From the NCBI GenBank assembly GCA_013265495.1, contig MU058103.1, forward strand, positions 1,175,303-1,195,302: 20,000 nt of DNA, read 5' to 3'. Origin of the DNA: Vicugna vicugna (taxonomy: Eukaryota). The notes beneath the pieces are model-generated. The model saw only the letters and a program-made list of their open reading frames with translations. It was not told the DNA's origin and searched no databases. Made by a program: the position numbers and the translations under genes. Of the stretch, positions 8,971-19,602 are shown piece after piece; positions within the stretch are counted from its first letter, which is position 1, and every line of letters starts with the position of its first letter.

Positions 8971-9574
8971 TTTGTATTTCCATCCCAGAAAGTTTTCATT
9001 CTGTCAAAAAAGTCACATTACTCAGTTTGGTGCAGAAGTCTCAAAATCCAGGATCAAAAAAGAGGAGTTTTGGTGAGCAAACTTGTGTAAAAGGGAGAGT
9101 TTTTCTTTGAATGTTTTCCCCTTCACAGAGAAAAAGTCCATTCATTTTGCATCGTGGATATGGATGTTTAGTGGTAAAAAAAGAAATCACGTGAAAGAAA
9201 CAACTTAAGCTTAATTCCACCAAGGTGAAACTGAGTCACATTTGGAAGAACAATTTGCGGTTAAGGTCAGCCACACAATAAAGCATTTGCAACATTTTTA
9301 CTGGTTCAATTTTGGGACAAAAATGTGCTAATGAATATTCAGCCATTACGTCTGGTATGGTGTTGCATCTCAAGTGTTTAATGTCACACTAGTCATTCAT
9401 TTATAAATACACCACAGCATTTCTCTGCTGGCCGTTTGAACACAGTTGAAAGCTACAGTTGAACAATGCAGACCTGTGATGTGCTGAATATGGAGCAAAG
9501 CTTTTTCTCCTACCTGGATCCTAGAAAGTCAAAGCTCTAAAGGGAGCAGATTTTGAGGAACAGAAATTTGCACT

Positions 9575-9685
9575 CACAGTGTCAGAAGGCTCAGAGAGAT
9601 GTTTGAAGCCATCTGTTCTAACACCTCATTTCATAAATGAGAACTCTGAGGCCCAGAGAGGCTAACGGACTTACCCAGTCCCAAA
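9575..9685 (-). mobile_element. MIR-family fragment
   Basis: 'ccatctgttctaacacctcatttcataaatgagaactctgaggcccagagaggctaacggacttaccc'. Confidence 0.75.
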
Positions 9686-12029
9686 ACAAATTGCCAAAGA
9701 TTGGCAATTTTGGTGACAAGAGTGAACAGATTGAAACATTCAGTTATGCCAATGAAGTGTAGGTGAGAGGAGGGCAGAAGAAGAGGGAAGGGAGCAGGGA
9801 GAGGGTGTGACCCTGGACTTCAGCCACTGCCCCCATTGCCAAGTGACTGTAGAGTGAGGGTGGGCTGATCCATCATCTGGTGCCCGGGCTCTTTCTGTTA
9901 AACCACGTTGTCTCTCCATATGGGAAAACTCCAGGTCCTAATTGCTTCATTTAAGATCTAAATGCAGTCTCTCCTCCAACCCTGCATGCCTGCTTCTTAC
10001 TCTGTTAAATATCTGGGGAAAGTCAGCATGGCCAAGATGCACGACTTCTTGTACTTTTCAAGAAATACGTGATTGAGAGTCAATGGCTATTTCTCCCTGC
10101 TGCTCTTCTGAGAGTTTTGTAAGACATGACACATAGCACTGGCACCTACACTTCACATCCTGGTCTTAGGTCAGGCTAGAACAGCCACCTGAAATCCTTT
10201 CCTATCCTCTGGAGGTAGCTTGCACCATGCTCAACTTGAGGGTGTGGAGAAATATCTCATGCCCCCCAAATGTCCGCTAGGGGACATTAGTGCATGACAG
10301 ATCTCGGTATAATTGTTTTAGATACCATTAACCCCAAGGCCTGGGAAAGCCCAGGCTCTCCCCACAACTTCCGTACATCCTACGAGCTTACACCTTTTAT
10401 GCATCTCTTTGCTGCTAACATATTTGTCCTTTCTGGTTGTCTGTGTTTTGCTACACATCGACCCACGCAGAGCTGAAAACATTCACTGATTTCTGCAAGG
10501 AATTTGCACACACCAAACACCTTGTGAGGTTAACTGAGTCTCCATAGTTTGGGAAAGTCATGGAGAGGTGTCACACTTTTCCATCTAAAGTTTCTTGCTT
10601 CTTGCTGGCTTCCTCCCTCCCTTCCCTGATGACGCCTCTCTTCCTCTCCTTCGCTGTGCTTCAGCCCCACCCTCCCCTCCCTGCGGCCTGCAGAGCCATC
10701 CTCTTCTCCTCCGTTCTTACTCTCAGACCCAAATCCAGAGACAGATCCAAAGGGATCTCGACTGAAGAGGGAAAACGTTGTCCAGTCAAGATTACTGACT
10801 TCTTACACTGGGTGATGATCTAAAGTGACCTCTGGGGAATCCCTGTGAAGAGGTTAAGAGCCTTGCCCTCCCCTCTACACCTTCACGTCTGGGCGGGTTC
10901 TTTTGGTTTAGTAAAGATTAGCCAACTCCAGGGAAGAAGACTGCTCTCTGGTTAGCCTCTGGGGAGGAAGAAAGGAGAACAGGATATTCAGTACTGTTTG
11001 TATCTCCTGAATGTCAAGGATGAGAATACTGAGATTAGGGGGGAAAATGGTCAACCATCCACCCTTCATTCTCTTTAGACAAAGGGACACAGTCTGGAGG
11101 CAGTGGACTCTAGAAACTAACTGTGTGAGTGGCACTTACTTCTCAAGTTGAGCCTTATGAAATGACTGTCTGTATCAAATGGCAAAAATGTGCCTTGGGC
11201 TTATTACCCACGGCCTGAAGTGTCTCATTCAGGACATCTGCCGAATTCCTCTTAAGAGCATGGGTCTGGGTGTACTGCATCCCCCGTACTGGCTCAGTTT
11301 TACAAATGCTTGTGGACTCTCCTCCCATCTTCACCCCTTTTGTTAAAGTCCCCATCAAAACCAGTCTGAGTAGCCAGTTTCCCCTTTTTTTTCTTGTCCT
11401 ATTGGTTTTAAGTGCAATCTTTGATCTTTGTGATCTTTGTCCTCTGATGGTATGAGAAGAAAGTGAGTGAGCCTGTAGAAGAAGAGCCAGCTGGCTCCAT
11501 GTGTGTTCTTACTGCTGCCTCTGATTTCTAGTGCTGTGTGACCCAGTGGTGGCCCCTGAAGAGCTTGGTAACTGTCATCACTGGCAAGAGCCCTATTTTC
11601 ACAGCGGCACATAGTGCCTTCCTCAGAGGAGAGCAAGGAGGGAGGGTGCCTGGCCAGAAAAGCCTAGCTATTAAATGTGTCATCAGCCAGTCACTGCCAG
11701 TACAGGCTGGTGATTAGCATCAAGGACATTGAGCCTCAAGGAGTAAGGACCTGAGCAACACCTGCACACTTTTAAACAACAAATGTGTCCTGACTGCAGG
11801 GAGCCCCATCTCCAGTCTTCGATTCAGAGCTATGTTTGAATTCTTGCTTCAGAAACCCCTGTCTAGGCCTGGCTGAAGGTGTCCTCCAGGAATTGAAGCC
11901 TTGGTTTTGGTTCCCGAGTCTGAGTTAGCTATTTCCTGGGGTTTGAAACAGCAAGTTAACATGCAAAAATAGAACTGAAAATACACAAAGTAAAACTTTT
12001 AATTTGCTTTGCATTTTCAAACGTGTGAG

Positions 12030-12520
12030 GTATGAAACAGTACAGTATGTTTTAGGGAAGAAAAGCTGGCTCAGAGTGACAGGAACAGTCACAGAGAGAG
12101 GAGAGTGGCAATTGATGGGGAAAAAAAGATCAGATCATGAAGTCCTTGGGAATCATGTTAAGAAACCTGGGCAACATCAAAGATTATTTGGGATTGGTAA
12201 AGGTTTTCAATCAAGGAATTTACACAATCAGATCTGCATTTGATGAAGACTAACCGGGAGCAACATGGAGAATGGAATGCAGTGTAGCAGGAAAAGGGGG
12301 GAATTTTGAGGCCAGATTAGGAAGCCCTCTGGGAGATTGCAGCAAACCATGATGAAAGAATGGACTAAGGGTGAGGGAGTCAGGTTGGTGAGAAGGGATT
12401 GACTCTCTTTAGTGTGTTTAGAGGACGAGGTTTGATAAACTGTGGTTTAGAAGAGAAGCAAAGGAAGACGGAGCAGAACTCTGAGACTTCGGGCTTGGGA
12501 AATGTATCAGCTTGTAACAG
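12030..12520 (-). mobile_element. L2 LINE fragment
   Basis: 'cagatcatgaagtccttgggaatcatgttaag', 'aggttttcaatcaagg...atcagatctgcatttg', 'gaggccagattaggaag...gagattgcag...gatga...tggactaagggtg'. Confidence 0.75.
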
Positions 12521-13209
12521 AAGGCTGGATCACGAATGGCCGGGGTTTAGCTGAGCAGATGTCTGAGAGTCTGGGCGTCATCAGCTACCACGTTTGTGAA
12601 GCCAGAGAGTCAGAGTGAAGGGTTCTGAATTTTGAGTCGCTTGCCCAGTCTTGATTGGAAATACCACTCATTCACCAAAGAGACAAACTACCGATTAGCT
12701 GCCTCAAGGAAGTGTTTTCTTTGCAATCTGAAGAGTGTTAATTCCAAACTTGCCAGTGGAAGGTACAGCAGCCCTGAGCTTGCTGTGACCATCTTCGTGT
12801 GTTAGTGACAACTCCCTTTCCCGTCAGTGCAGTGACATGAACATGTTCTTCCAGTTCCACTCATTTACACTGTCTTTGGCACGTGTTTTCCATCTTTGCT
12901 CCTCTTCTGCCCTCTAATTTTAGAATTAATTCACATGGAAGACACCAGACTTCTTTCAGTATACTAACATTGTCAGAGCAGTGATTGTGTGAGCTTGGGT
13001 TTTATTCAGGAGACGATGTTAGGTCGGGGTAAAGTTATGATGGCTCTCGAAATGAATGGTACTGATACCTCAGTCTGTTTTCTTTCTTTTCAGTCACATT
13101 CCACAGTCAGCCAAGTCACTAAATATTATCATTTCTCTTTTCTGAGTATGAGCATGGGCTTTGGAATCAAAGGGATCTATGAGCAGTGCATTTCACATTA
13201 GAGGTGACC

Positions 13210-13431
13210 TCTGGACTCAGATGAGCTCAGTTCAAATTCTGCTGTACTGAATAGTTATTGTGTGACCTTAGGCAAATACTGGAAAAATGTGAAACCTCTC
13301 TTTTTTCGTACATTAAAAGAAGATGTAAATGCTAATCTTATCTTCATACAGTTGTTAGGAATATTAAGTGGATATTAGATATTAAATGAGATAAGTCAAA
13401 TACTTAGAACAGTGTCAATCACATTTGTAAG
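13210..13431 (+). mobile_element. MIR SINE
   Basis: 'ctctggactcagatgagctcagttcaaattctgc...tgtgtgaccttaggcaaat...cttcatacagttgttaggaatattaa...aaatacttagaacagtg'. Confidence 0.8.
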
Positions 13432-13433
13432 TA

Positions 13434-13656
13434 CAGTTGTCTCTCAGTATCCACGGGGGGATCAGTTCCAGGACCCCCATCTTTACCAGAATCTGTGGAT
13501 GCTCAAGTCCTGTAGTCAGCCCTCTGTATTCGCCATTTTGCAGCCACAGATTCAACCAACCACAGATCATGTAGTATTGTATGCAGTTACTGAAAACAAA
13601 ATCTGCGTGTAAGTGCACTCATGCAGTTTAAACCCATGTTGTTCAACGGTGAACTG
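13434..13656 (+). mobile_element. MER8-like Tigger-family MITE with TA target duplication
   Basis: TA|cagttgtctctcagtatccacgggggatcagttccaggaccccc ... aatctgcgtgtaagtgcactcatgcagtttaaacccatgttgttcaacggtgaactg|TA. Confidence 0.9.
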
Positions 13657-13819
13657 TATATGATATCGATATACCCATACCTTATTACTTTATTATTAAA
13701 GCTATTACGTAGATTTGGAACCTGTGGTCATTAATCTCATCTACAAAATGAGAGCTAATATACCCATCTCCCAGGTGTACAGGGAAGTAGTGAATGAATT
13801 TAAAGTCTAGCCACCTCAT

Positions 13820-13950
13820 TCCATTAAAATGTAAGCTGCATGAAGAAGGAACTTAGTCTTTTTTTTAATTGCTCTATACTTTGTCTGGAAAATTGTTAAC
13901 CCAGAGTATATATATATATTCAATAAATATGTGTTGACTGAATGAGTGAT
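13820..13950 (+). mobile_element. L2 3' end
   Basis: 'taaaatgtaagctgcatgaagaagg...ttcaataaatatgtgttgactgaatgagtga'. Confidence 0.75.
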
Positions 13951-14276
13951 GGGCATATAAGCCCTTAATTTCCCTGTGTGTCTAAAACCATTGGTCTAGT
14001 TCAGATGCAACTCCCACTTCCCTCTTTGTCACTCTTAATTGCTATCAGACCAACATTGCTAATGTATATTTCTACCACTTTATAATTAAAATTTAAATAA
14101 ACAAAATAGAACCCAGTCTTGCATGCCTCCATGGTTTGATTCCAATTTTTTTCCAAGGTTGCTTTTAGTCATTTACTTTCAAGTTACCTACAAAAACTGA
14201 GACATATACAATTCCACAAATATACTACTCAATTTCCTATACTGAGTTTTTTTTTCCTGTGCTCTTCTACCTAAAT

Positions 14277-14487
14277 TAGTCCTGTTTAATGGAACAGTTT
14301 GTAATAAAGGATATCTTCTCCATCTGTACCGCTAAGTAAGATAGCCACAAGCCAAATGTAGCTACTGTTTGAGCACTAGAAATGAGGCTAGTTCAGGTAG
14401 AGAACTGAATTTTTAATTTTCTCTTGTTTTAATTAATGTAAATGTAAATATTTACAGTTGGCTAAGGCTATTGTATTGAACAATTTA
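14277..14487 (+). mobile_element. MER3-like hAT-Charlie MITE
   Basis: 'tagccacaagccaaatgtagcta...ttgagcactagaaatgaggctagt...gaactgaatttttaatttt...ttttaattaatgtaaatgtaaat...ggctattgtattgaaca' follows the MER3 consensus. Confidence 0.85.
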
Positions 14488-14519
14488 GGAACAGACTGCC
14501 TGCCTTTGTGTCCCAGGCC

Positions 14520-14780
14520 TCCTTAGCTCCAGTCAAAGATAACATCTTCCCATGAATTTGAATCCTTCTTTAAATGGTCTAGCCCTTTATCTATAGACTG
14601 CTTATGACATACGCTTTTCTATAGTTAATTTCACTTACAATTTTCTCCAATGCTAGACTACACGGACTTGGAGAGGATGACCTCATCCTCTGTATGTGCC
14701 TACTCAGTGCAAAGTTTGAGCTAAGAAGTACTGTTGATGGACTGACTGAACGAAGTATTGATTGACTAAATGAATAAATT
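14520..14780 (+). mobile_element. L2 3' region (degenerate)
   Basis: 'gctagactacacggacttggagagg...tactcagtgc...ctaagaagtactgttgatggactgactgaa' is an L2-like end with (tgaa)-type tail. Confidence 0.5.
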
Positions 14781-15429
14781 ATTCTATTCATTCATTCATT
14801 CAGTGGAAGAGGCTTTGACTTCAAACACTACTTCTGGTAGATACCACTCTTTCAAGTGGAGAGAAACTGATTCATCACTTAACAATCATTCATGTAGCCT
14901 CATGAATGTGATGCCTATATGATCTTCATATTGTTATCTGTCAAACTAAAAAACTAAACCCCATTCTACCTTTACAAGATAAGTCAAAAGTTAATTAACC
15001 CTAAAAAAATGCAGTGGTACTAAATGAAATCTGGGGAGCAGAAAGCTTTGGAATTTCTTAAAGAGACCATTTGAATATTGAAAGCTACTTAATGAATAAA
15101 TCATCTTGCACATCATAAATTTTTTAAGAGAGAATTTTATTTATCAACTACTCAGAGCAGATGTATCTCACATATTTAGTTTTATATAAATACATATACA
15201 TATTTAAAAGATGTGTTTCCAACTTACAGTTTTAGAGCTACTTAACATTCAAGGAAATTCCTGATACCTATAATGATGAAGGTTCCACCTGCAAAAACAC
15301 ACTATAAAATAACTTTGATACACATAATGTCTAGGTGAGAGACTATAGGGTATTCAGAGGCAGGAAGCTACCATATTTCTTCACAGTTAGCCATTTCTTA
15401 TTATAAAATTCACTAATGTGCTTTTCTTA

Positions 15430-15466
15430 TAAACATACATATATATATATACATATATATATATAA
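15430..15466. repeat. (TA)n/(CATA) microsatellite
   Basis: acatacatatatatatatacatatatatatata read directly. Confidence 0.85.
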
Positions 15467-15549
15467 TTTATAAAATAACCTTATTTGTCCCTTGAAATTA
15501 CATTGTCCTTAACATAATAGATATGCAGTAATTTTTCACTTAATGATTT

Positions 15550-15828
15550 AAAAATGAGTAGAAAAATCTATTTGTTTCATATGTATGAACTTATATGTAT
15601 GTATGAACTTATATCCAGAATATAGTAGGAATTCCTCCCTATAAATCAATTAAAAAATTCGTACGACTCAATAGAAAAATAGGCAAAAGTCTTGAACAGA
15701 CACTTCCCAAACAGGATATCCAAATAGCCAGTAGGCAAGTAAAACAGTGCTCAACATCATCACTCATCAGGGAAATGAAAAAAAAAACCCACAATGAGAT
15801 ACCAGTGCACACCCACTTAAATGGCTGA
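15550..15828 (+). mobile_element. Ancient L1M ORF2 3' fragment
   Basis: 'acttatatccagaatata', 'caatagaaaaataggcaaaagtcttgaacagacacttc', 'tgctcaacatcatcactcatcagggaaatg', 'cacaatgagatacca...cacccact...aatggct'. Confidence 0.88.
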
Positions 15829-15829
15829 C

Positions 15830-15985
15830 TCTAGTACAAGGCACTAGAGTTACGATGGTAAACAATAAAATGCAGTGCCTGCCCTTATGGTGCCTAAAGT
15901 GCATAGGATGAATCTGAAGATAAAAACGCACCAAAATCACTTGTGATCAGTTTTATGATAGGAAAGTATCAGTTGCTATGAAAAA
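15830..15985 (-). mobile_element. L2 fragment
   Basis: 'aggcactagagttacgatggtaaacaataaaatgcagtgcctgcccttatggtgcctaaagt' resembles the reverse L2 3' region. Confidence 0.55.
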
Positions 15986-16819
15986 CAAAACAAAACAAAA
16001 ATTATTTATCTCTGCTAGAGAACTGTACAATAGACAGTTAAAGGCAGGGGTAGACCATTGCCAAAAGGGGATGGAGCAAAGCAGAAAAATTAAAAACTAT
16101 TTTTTTGCAAGAATGCCACCTTGGAATTCTCAAACTATTAAAATGCATATGCAATTCCCTAGTATTATTCCAGTAAGAGAACCCTGGTAATTTTAGCCCT
16201 CCACCCGATTTTTTTTTTTTAACTCTGCTACTGTTGCAAAATGTGTTCAAGGAAATTAAATGGCAGGCTAATTACAGCAGTCCCCATCGTGGTAATTAGC
16301 TTGCATTCAAGCTTCCCTGGTGCTTCCACCATGTATCTGGGTCTCCTTTGAGTCCCAACTTGTTTCATATTCTTCTCAGAATCCTTATTGGTATGAACCC
16401 TGATGTCATTTAGGTAATCAGTATTGTATAGAGAATGGAGAAAATTTCCTTTTGTGCTTTTAGAATTTTTTAAACTAATTCCTTTAATTGGACCAAGTTT
16501 GAATACATTTTTGGGAGGAAGAAAAGTGTCTACTTACTGAGGAAATGTTTCTCAGAGTTTACAAAAGCCAGAGGTGAATGTTGTCCTCAAACCCAGGACT
16601 ACGTGGTCTTGAGACCTAAAAAGAATGTGCAAGTCACTCATCTGACCACGTGATCGTCCCTACAGCTTCCAAAAGCCATGGTATTGGTCTCTTCTCTTGC
16701 CATCCAACCTGGCCACATGCGGTTCTCAAAGTAAAGTTGTCGTATTAGAGATCTCTTGTCCACCTTCTTCATTTCTCCATGAGGTTCTGAAGGGGACTCG
16801 AGATGATTATTGAGCGCCA

Positions 16820-17010
16820 GTCACCTGTGCTAGTTTATTTCATTCTCACAGTTACCTTACAAAATGAGGATGTTAGCTTTATTATGCAGGTCGGAAAAAA
16901 ATGAAGCTCACTGTTTAAACTGCCTTGCCCAAGATCACAAGAACTAGTTGATGGTAGAGCTGTGACTGGAAACTGATCCCAGACGAATACTTCCATTACT
17001 AGGTTCTCCT
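16820..17010 (-). mobile_element. MIR SINE
   Basis: 'ttatttcattctcacagttacctt...ttgcccaagatcacaagaactagttgatggtagagctgtgactggaaac'. Confidence 0.75.
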
Positions 17011-18225
17011 TATAGAGAGGCCATACCTTAAGAACCATTGGTCACTTTCTTCACAGTTAGAAAGTGCCCTGAGATATTTTTTCCTCCGGGATGGGTTTGA
17101 GGAACATGACATGATAGAAACAACTCTATGGAGGCTGGTTTTGAAGGCACACCCCTGTAAGATTGTTTATCTCTGAACTTTGACTCTAGATTACCATGGT
17201 ACCTCACCCAGATGACATGGCTGGGATATTAAGTTTACTCAAGAAACTGTAAGATTTATATCATATAGTTATGAATGAATGATTTATATCAGATTTGCAT
17301 ACAGCATTTTGAACATTACTTGATTAAGGATGTTTTAGGAAATTAAATATTACTTTCAAGTAGTGACCTCCATGCTTGAAAAAAAAAAAACAGAGCTTTG
17401 CTTTTCAAACAGAAAGCTCTGCAAAATCTCAGTATTTCAAACAAAATAAGGCACAGCTGCTATGCGGGAGCAGGGCGCCTTCTCTGTCCCTGGCCACTCC
17501 TTGCCCTTAGCCCTTGCTGCTCCTAATATGCTTTATCTGAAGCTTTAAGGTCTCCGCAGCAAGAGTTTGAAAACTACCTACTAAAGTCAAGTATAACCTA
17601 AATTAGAATGCCTTGGAAGGACCTACCGATAATATTAACTGTCCTAGTGTGATGATTTAAAGACTCACTCTCTCTGAGGATTTATTTTTATCTGAATTTG
17701 TTAGTAATGATAGAAACATGTCTTTAATAACACTTCTGTGTGTGTGTGTGCATGCATATGTATTTACAGGGAGGGAAGTGCATTTAAACTCACTCTTGTG
17801 AAGCTTAGGATGTCAGAGCATAGACAGCTGATTGGTTCAGTTGCCAAAACCTTTCATTCTCGTAATTGTCATACTTCAGGTCTTCAATCATTTTGCGAGG
17901 GACGTTCTCTTTTTCTTGCATTCTGTATTTCTCTGACCTAAAACTAAAACCAAGACAGTGTAACCCACACAAACTCAACAGCCATTGCTCCCTATGAGCA
18001 CACTTCACAACCTTGAACATTCACCAGTGCTTAACTGAGATTTGCATCCCCTCTTCTAGCTGAACCCTCAAATCCTCCAGCTCAGGACAGCAAGACAGGA
18101 GTGTTCATAAACCATGCTCTCCCAAACCCGGGAGGTTTTCAGTCTGCCCTTCCTTAAATCCTGCTGAATCTTTTTTAAATACTTCCTTCAACATGATGAT
18201 CTCAACCAAACACAGCCAGTACTTT

Positions 18226-18757
18226 TTAAAAAAAATTTATTTTTTTTGAAGTGTAGTTGATTTATAATGTTAGTTTCAGAAATACAGGAAAGCAATTCAG
18301 TTATACACATACATACATTATGTATTTTTTTCTTTTCAGATTCTTTTCTATTATATGTTATTACAGGAAATTGAACATAGTTCCCTGTGCTATACAGTAG
18401 GTCCCTGTTGTTTACCTATTTTGTATAGTAATGTGTATCTGTTAATCCCAAACTGCTAATTTATCTCTCCCCCTCCCTTTCCCCTTTGGTAACCATGGTT
18501 TGTTTTCTATGTCTGTGAGTCTATTTTTGGTTTATAAATAGAATTTGTATCATTTTTTTAAAGATTGCACATACAAGTAATATGTGAAATGTGTCTTTGT
18601 CTGACTTATTTCACTTAATGTGATAATCTCTAGGTCCACCCACCATGTTGTTGTAAATGGCATTATTCTATTCTTTTTTATGTCTGAGTTGTATTCCGTT
18701 GTTTGTACACCACATCTTCTTTATACAGTCATTTTTTGATGGACATTATATTGTTTC
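18226..18757 (-). mobile_element. 5'-truncated cetartiodactyl L1 3' end with TSD
   Basis: T-tail, then 'ttgaagtgtagttgatttataatgttagtttcag', 'atagttccctgtgctatacagtaggtcc', 'ctgacttatttcactta...ataatctctaggtcca'. TSD cagccagtacttt (18213-18225) / cagtcagtacttt (18758-18770), one mismatch. Confidence 0.95.
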
Positions 18758-19141
18758 CAGTCAGTACTTTCTGATAATCTGATGAATCTTTCCTCATAAA
18801 GAGAGAATGTAAAGAGAATAACTCTCAATATGCATTTACTGAGCTACATGGGGCAAGGCTCAGCTCCTCCAGACCTCAGTTTTCCTTTCTTGCTCAGACA
18901 TTATTTTGGTCCATCCTGCACCTAGACTGTCTTCCAAAGGCTGCAAGATGAGGGAATGTGTCCAGATCAAGAGTTCTTAGTCTTGTCTACAGCTAGCAAA
19001 GGATGCATGAATAGACTATAGGAACTCTGTGAGCCCTCTGAAATTACCTGTAAACTTTGCATTTTACACAAGTACATATACATTATTGGGGAGGGTCCAA
19101 AACTTATCATTTCCCTGGAAAGTAATACGTATTGATATAGT

Positions 19142-19341
19142 CAGTGGATCCTTAAATGATGCATCAGAATCACCTATAATGAAAAAGTTCTTTGGGTCCC
19201 ACTCCAGAATGACTAATTCGGAACCTCTGGTATGAATGTGAAAGAGAAATTTGTAATTGTGATACACTGCCCAGGAGCTTCTGCTCTGTTGTCACTGGTT
19301 CGTGGACCAGTGAGTTGTGCATCACTGATCGCAAACCACTG
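19142..19341. mobile_element. MER5-family hAT-Charlie MITE
   Basis: Termini cagtgg...ccactg; internal 'tgcatcagaatcacct', 'tgggtcccactccaga...aattcggaacctctgg'. Confidence 0.7.
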
Positions 19342-19504
19342 ATTTCACAGCTAAAATGGTAGGGTTCAGAATCTGTGTTCAGAAGCTGGGTTGATTGGCT
19401 TTATATATTTCCTCATAAGTCTCAGATGTGGTGATTTTTAATTCCTGAACACGAGGTGGAAAAAGGCGGAGAGGGGGCACTAATCCTTGTCTATAAACCA
19501 CCCC

Positions 19505-19602
19505 TTACTCTTCCATATCTTTATTCATAGTCTTTGAATCAAGTATGTTAAATGTAATTGAAGCTCAATAAATATTTATTCAATAAATGAATGAATGAGT
19601 GA
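19505..19602 (+). mobile_element. L2 3' end
   Basis: 'gctcaataaatatttattcaataaatgaatgaatgagtga' is a canonical L2 tail. Confidence 0.75.

Noticed and set aside
12839..12848. p53-type half-site palindrome GAACATGTTC
   Set aside because: Only one proper half-site; no correctly spaced partner.
14740..14805. Apparent inverted repeat of (TGAA)n and (TTCA)n
   Set aside because: Explained by low-complexity L2-type tails facing each other.
16630..16775. 45-codon minus ATG ORF (MKKVDKRSLIRQLYFENRMW...)
   Set aside because: Short, no recognisable homology, no convincing splice context.
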